From the NCBI GenBank assembly GCA_964385185.1, contig CAYLOA010000002.1, positions 61,994-81,993 of the forward strand: DNA of 20,000 bases, given 5' to 3'. Below, piece after piece: positions 17,477 to 20,000 of the stretch. A program made the position numbers and the translations under genes. The first letter of the stretch is position 1. Every line of letters begins with the position of its first letter. The DNA comes from an uncultured Methanosarcinales archaeon. Its GTDB lineage: Archaea; Nanobdellota; Nanobdellia; Woesearchaeales; CALCXY01. Under the pieces are notes generated by a model. It saw nothing but the letters and a program-made list of their open reading frames with translations. It had not been told where the DNA came from and ran no database searches.

Positions 17477-19240
17477 ATGAGGTATACTTTGTATATTGTT
17501 GTTTTTTCTTTGTTTTTATTATTCTCTTGTACCTCTGGTTCTTCTATTGAGTTTCCTTCCTCACCTATTGGCCAGGCTAATGAGTTTGTTTTGGATCAGT
17601 TATCTGTATCTGTTTCTACTCCTGTTAAGGTTCCAGGTGATTTTTTCGATGTGGGTGATGTTATTAATGTGAATTTGAATCCTGTGAATAGTAATCCTTG
17701 GTTAGTGTATAAGCATTATTATTTGTATAAAGTTCCTGATTCTGGGTTGGGTGAGTTGGTTGATAATCCTTTAAATGGTTGGCATAGCTTTAATGTTGAT
17801 AATGTTCCTAGTTGTTTTGATGATGATAATTTTGCATATATGAACCTGCAAGCTGAGTCTTGTTGTGGTGGTGCTTGTCAGGAGGTGTTGGTTGAGTTTT
17901 TAGATGTTCAATTAGATTTGCCTGTTGATTTGGAGACTGGGTCTTATTTGTTGCTGTTTGCTGTTGGTGAAGCTCAAGATAGTGGTGAGTGGGATGTTTG
18001 GAATTGGGTTTTTGAGGAGATTATTGTGCGTGGGGAGGATTGGTGTGAACCTGTTCCTGCTACTTGTGGATCTGGAGATGATCAAGATGTTTTGACTTCT
18101 TGTGTTGATAATCATTTAATTTCTTCTGAATGTGAAAATTCTTGTTTAGATTTTGGAGATGGAGTATATTGTGGTTGTTTTGATACTGAGCAGGATCCTA
18201 TTCCTTTGTGTAATTGTGTTGATTTGCAGAGAATGAATGAAGATGTAACTGCGAATTATGAATTGCAGAATGATATTGATTGTTCTGATACTGTAAATTG
18301 GGATGATAATGATGATGGTGTTGCTGAAGGTTTTAATCCGATTCATTTTAGTGGAGTTTTTGATGGTCAGGATCATGTTATTAGGAATTTATTTATAAAC
18401 CAGCCCATCGCAAATTATGTAGGATTATTTGGATCTAATGCAGGTACTGTTAGGGATGTTGGTATAGAGGGTGGAGAAATCAAAGGAAGTGCCTATGTTG
18501 GTGGTTTAATAGGACAGAACTTTCGAGGATCTATTTCTAATTCTTATGCTATTGTAGATGTGAGTGGATGTACAAAATGGTGCCTAAAAAACAAACATGG
18601 TGGAGTTGGTGGTTTAACAGGGAATAACTTGGAAGGATCTATTTCTGGTTCTTATGCTACTGGGAGTGTGAGGGGAGATCAACGGGTTGGCGGTTTAGCA
18701 GGGAATAACTTTAGAGGCTCTATTTCTGGTTCTTATGCTACTGGGAGTGTGAGTGGAGGTAGGTATGGTGGCGGTTTAGCAGGACAGAATTTTCAAGGAT
18801 CTATTTCTGGTTCTTATGCTACTGGGAGTGTGAGTGGAGGGGCGGATGTTGGTGGTTTAGTGGGGTACAATCGTGAAGGAACAACTATTTCTGGTTCTTA
18901 TGCTTCTGGGAGTGTGAGGGGAGGTCAACGGGTTGGTGGTTTAGCAGGGCTTAACAGTAAGGGAGGGTCTATTTCTGGTTCTTATGCTTCTGGGAGTGTG
19001 AGTGGAAGTTGGTTTGCTGGTGGTTTAGTAGGAAGTAACAGTAGAGGAGTTATTTCTAGTTCATTTTGGGATACTGAATCTAGCAGCAAGTTTTCAAGTG
19101 CTGGTGGGGATGGTAAAACCACTTCTGAATTAAAGGATAGGTCAACCTATCCTAGTAGTTGGGATTTCAACACATTGTGGGCAATTAGTCCTGATGTTAA
19201 TGATGGTTATCCTCATTTACAATCTTTTGATCAATCATAA
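17477..19240 (+). CDS. Predicted surface lipoprotein with Cys-rich region and GLUG-motif beta-solenoid
   Basis: Signal ending LLFS-C; 'FPSSPIGQA'; 'YELQNDIDCS...GFNPI..FSGVFDGQDHVIRNLFI...VGLFG', then repeated 'VGGLxG.N..GSISGSYATGSVSG', then cap 'SFWD...GKTTSELK...WDF...W...NDGYPHL'. Confidence 0.9.
   Translation: MRYTLYIVVFSLFLLFSCTSGSSIEFPSSPIGQANEFVLDQLSVSVSTPVKVPGDFFDVGDVINVNLNPVNSNPWLVYKHYYLYKVPDSGLGELVDNPLNGWHSFNVDNVPSCFDDDNFAYMNLQAESCCGGACQEVLVEFLDVQLDLPVDLETGSYLLLFAVGEAQDSGEWDVWNWVFEEIIVRGEDWCEPVPATCGSGDDQDVLTSCVDNHLISSECENSCLDFGDGVYCGCFDTEQDPIPLCNCVDLQRMNEDVTANYELQNDIDCSDTVNWDDNDDGVAEGFNPIHFSGVFDGQDHVIRNLFINQPIANYVGLFGSNAGTVRDVGIEGGEIKGSAYVGGLIGQNFRGSISNSYAIVDVSGCTKWCLKNKHGGVGGLTGNNLEGSISGSYATGSVRGDQRVGGLAGNNFRGSISGSYATGSVSGGRYGGGLAGQNFQGSISGSYATGSVSGGADVGGLVGYNREGTTISGSYASGSVRGGQRVGGLAGLNSKGGSISGSYASGSVSGSWFAGGLVGSNSRGVISSSFWDTESSSKFSSAGGDGKTTSELKDRSTYPSSWDFNTLWAISPDVNDGYPHLQSFDQS
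18497..19065 (+). repeat. Coding tandem repeat (GLUG), period 81-84 nt, with a near-invariant 34-nt core
   Basis: CTATTTCTGGTTCTTATGCT(A/T)CTGGGAGTGTGAG starts at 18639, 18720, 18801, 18885 and 18969; degenerate copies at 18531 and about 19050. Confidence 0.93.
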
Positions 19241-19274
19241 ATCTTATATAGCTGGTTGTTGAGTTTATTATGTT

Positions 19275-20000
19275 ATGAGGTTTAATGTATATATCATATT
19301 TTTTTGTTTGTTTTTGTTATTTTCTTGTTCTGATTCTGGTTCTTTTGGTGTTCCTTCTTCTCCTATTGGGCAGGCTAATGTGTTTGTGATGGATCAGTTA
19401 TCTCTTTCTTTGTTGGAAGAGATTCCTAGTGGTTTTTTTGATGTTGGTGATAGTGTAAGTTTGCAGTTGGATCCTGGGAGTGGTAGTCCTTGGTTGGTTT
19501 TTAGGAAGGTTTTTTTGTATAGGGTTCCTGAGTCTGGTTTGTCTGGTGGTTTTGTTGATGATCCTTTGAATGGTTGGTTGGATTTTGTGGTGAAAAATGT
19601 TCCTTCTTGTTTTGATGATGATAATTATGCTTTTTTGAACATGGAAGACGAGTCTTGTTGTGATGGTGCTTGTCAGGAGGTGTTGGTTGAGTTTTTGGAT
19701 GCAGAGATAGTATTGCCTTCTGATTTAGAGACTGGTTCTTATTTGTTGTTGTTTGCTGTGGGTGAGGCTAAAGATACTGGTGAGTGGGATGTTTGGAATT
19801 GGGTTTTTAAGGAAATTACTGTGCATGGTGAGGATTATTGTGATCCTTTTCCTGCTACTTGTGGATCTGGAGATGATCAAAATGTTTTAACTTCTTGTAT
19901 TAATAATCATTTAATTATAGATGGGTGTGAAAATTCTTGTCAAGATTTTGGAGATGGGGCTTTTTGTGGTTGTTTTGATGATACGCAGGATCCTATTCCT
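19275..20000 (+). CDS. Tandem paralog of the 17477 lipoprotein, 3'-truncated by window (absent from ORF track)
   Basis: Hand translation is open for 242 codons to the window end: MRFNVYIIFFCLFLLFSCSDSGSFGVPSSPIGQANVF...ESCCDGACQEVLVEFLD...WDVWNWVF...QDPIP, collinear with 17477-18205. TATA-like CTTATATA at 19243-19250. Confidence 0.92.
   Translation, partial: MRFNVYIIFFCLFLLFSCSDSGSFGVPSSPIGQANVFVMDQLSLSLLEEIPSGFFDVGDSVSLQLDPGSGSPWLVFRKVFLYRVPESGLSGGFVDDPLNGWLDFVVKNVPSCFDDDNYAFLNMEDESCCDGACQEVLVEFLDAEIVLPSDLETGSYLLLFAVGEAKDTGEWDVWNWVFKEITVHGEDYCDPFPATCGSGDDQNVLTSCINNHLIIDGCENSCQDFGDGAFCGCFDDTQDPIP

Noticed and set aside
178..18376. Short antisense or alternate-frame ORFs in the track (e.g. 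178-438, 698-1021, 2746-3039, 10020-10226, 12612-13052, 15174-15503, 17912-18115)
   Set aside because: They overlap well-supported genes and have no recognisable motifs; treated as shadow ORFs.
18639..19002. CRISPR-like array (34-nt repeats, 47-50-nt spacers)
   Set aside because: Periods are multiples of 3 inside an open GLUG ORF, the spacers resemble each other (all encode GGLxG.N), and there are no cas genes in the window.
17477..20000. Diversity-generating retroelement TR/VR pair
   Set aside because: Differences between the paralogs and between repeats involve all bases and indels rather than adenines only; both copies are coding; no reverse transcriptase in the window.

Overview
AT-rich archaeal chromosomal segment, most likely DPANN (Woesearchaeota-like; this lineage call is an inference from gene style). 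It has four blocks. (1) 1-7268: A1Ao/V-type ATP synthase operon atpI(3' end)-K-E-C-F-A-B-D, with a NapA-type CPA2 cation/H+ antiporter inserted between atpB and atpD. (2) 7265-10122: tRNA-Lys(CTT) followed directly by a long G.U-rich hairpin and flanked by two orphan genes. (3) 10258-13781: a reduced, rearranged exosome/proteasome superoperon (pop5-psmA-rrp4-rrp41-rrp42-rpoK). (4) 13841-20000: a divergently arranged cluster of at least four Cys-rich predicted lipoproteins around a SpoIIM/DUF95-like membrane protein. The four share a post-lipobox (P)SSPxG(Q/F)A motif and carry different C-terminal modules (CxDSDGG, Cys-rich repeats, GLUG solenoid). The last one (19275->20000) is missing from the ORF track. 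The best candidates for undescribed biology are the lipoprotein/SpoIIM cluster, the tRNA-trailer hairpin and the antiporter-containing ATPase operon. All family calls come from motif recognition by eye, not database searches.
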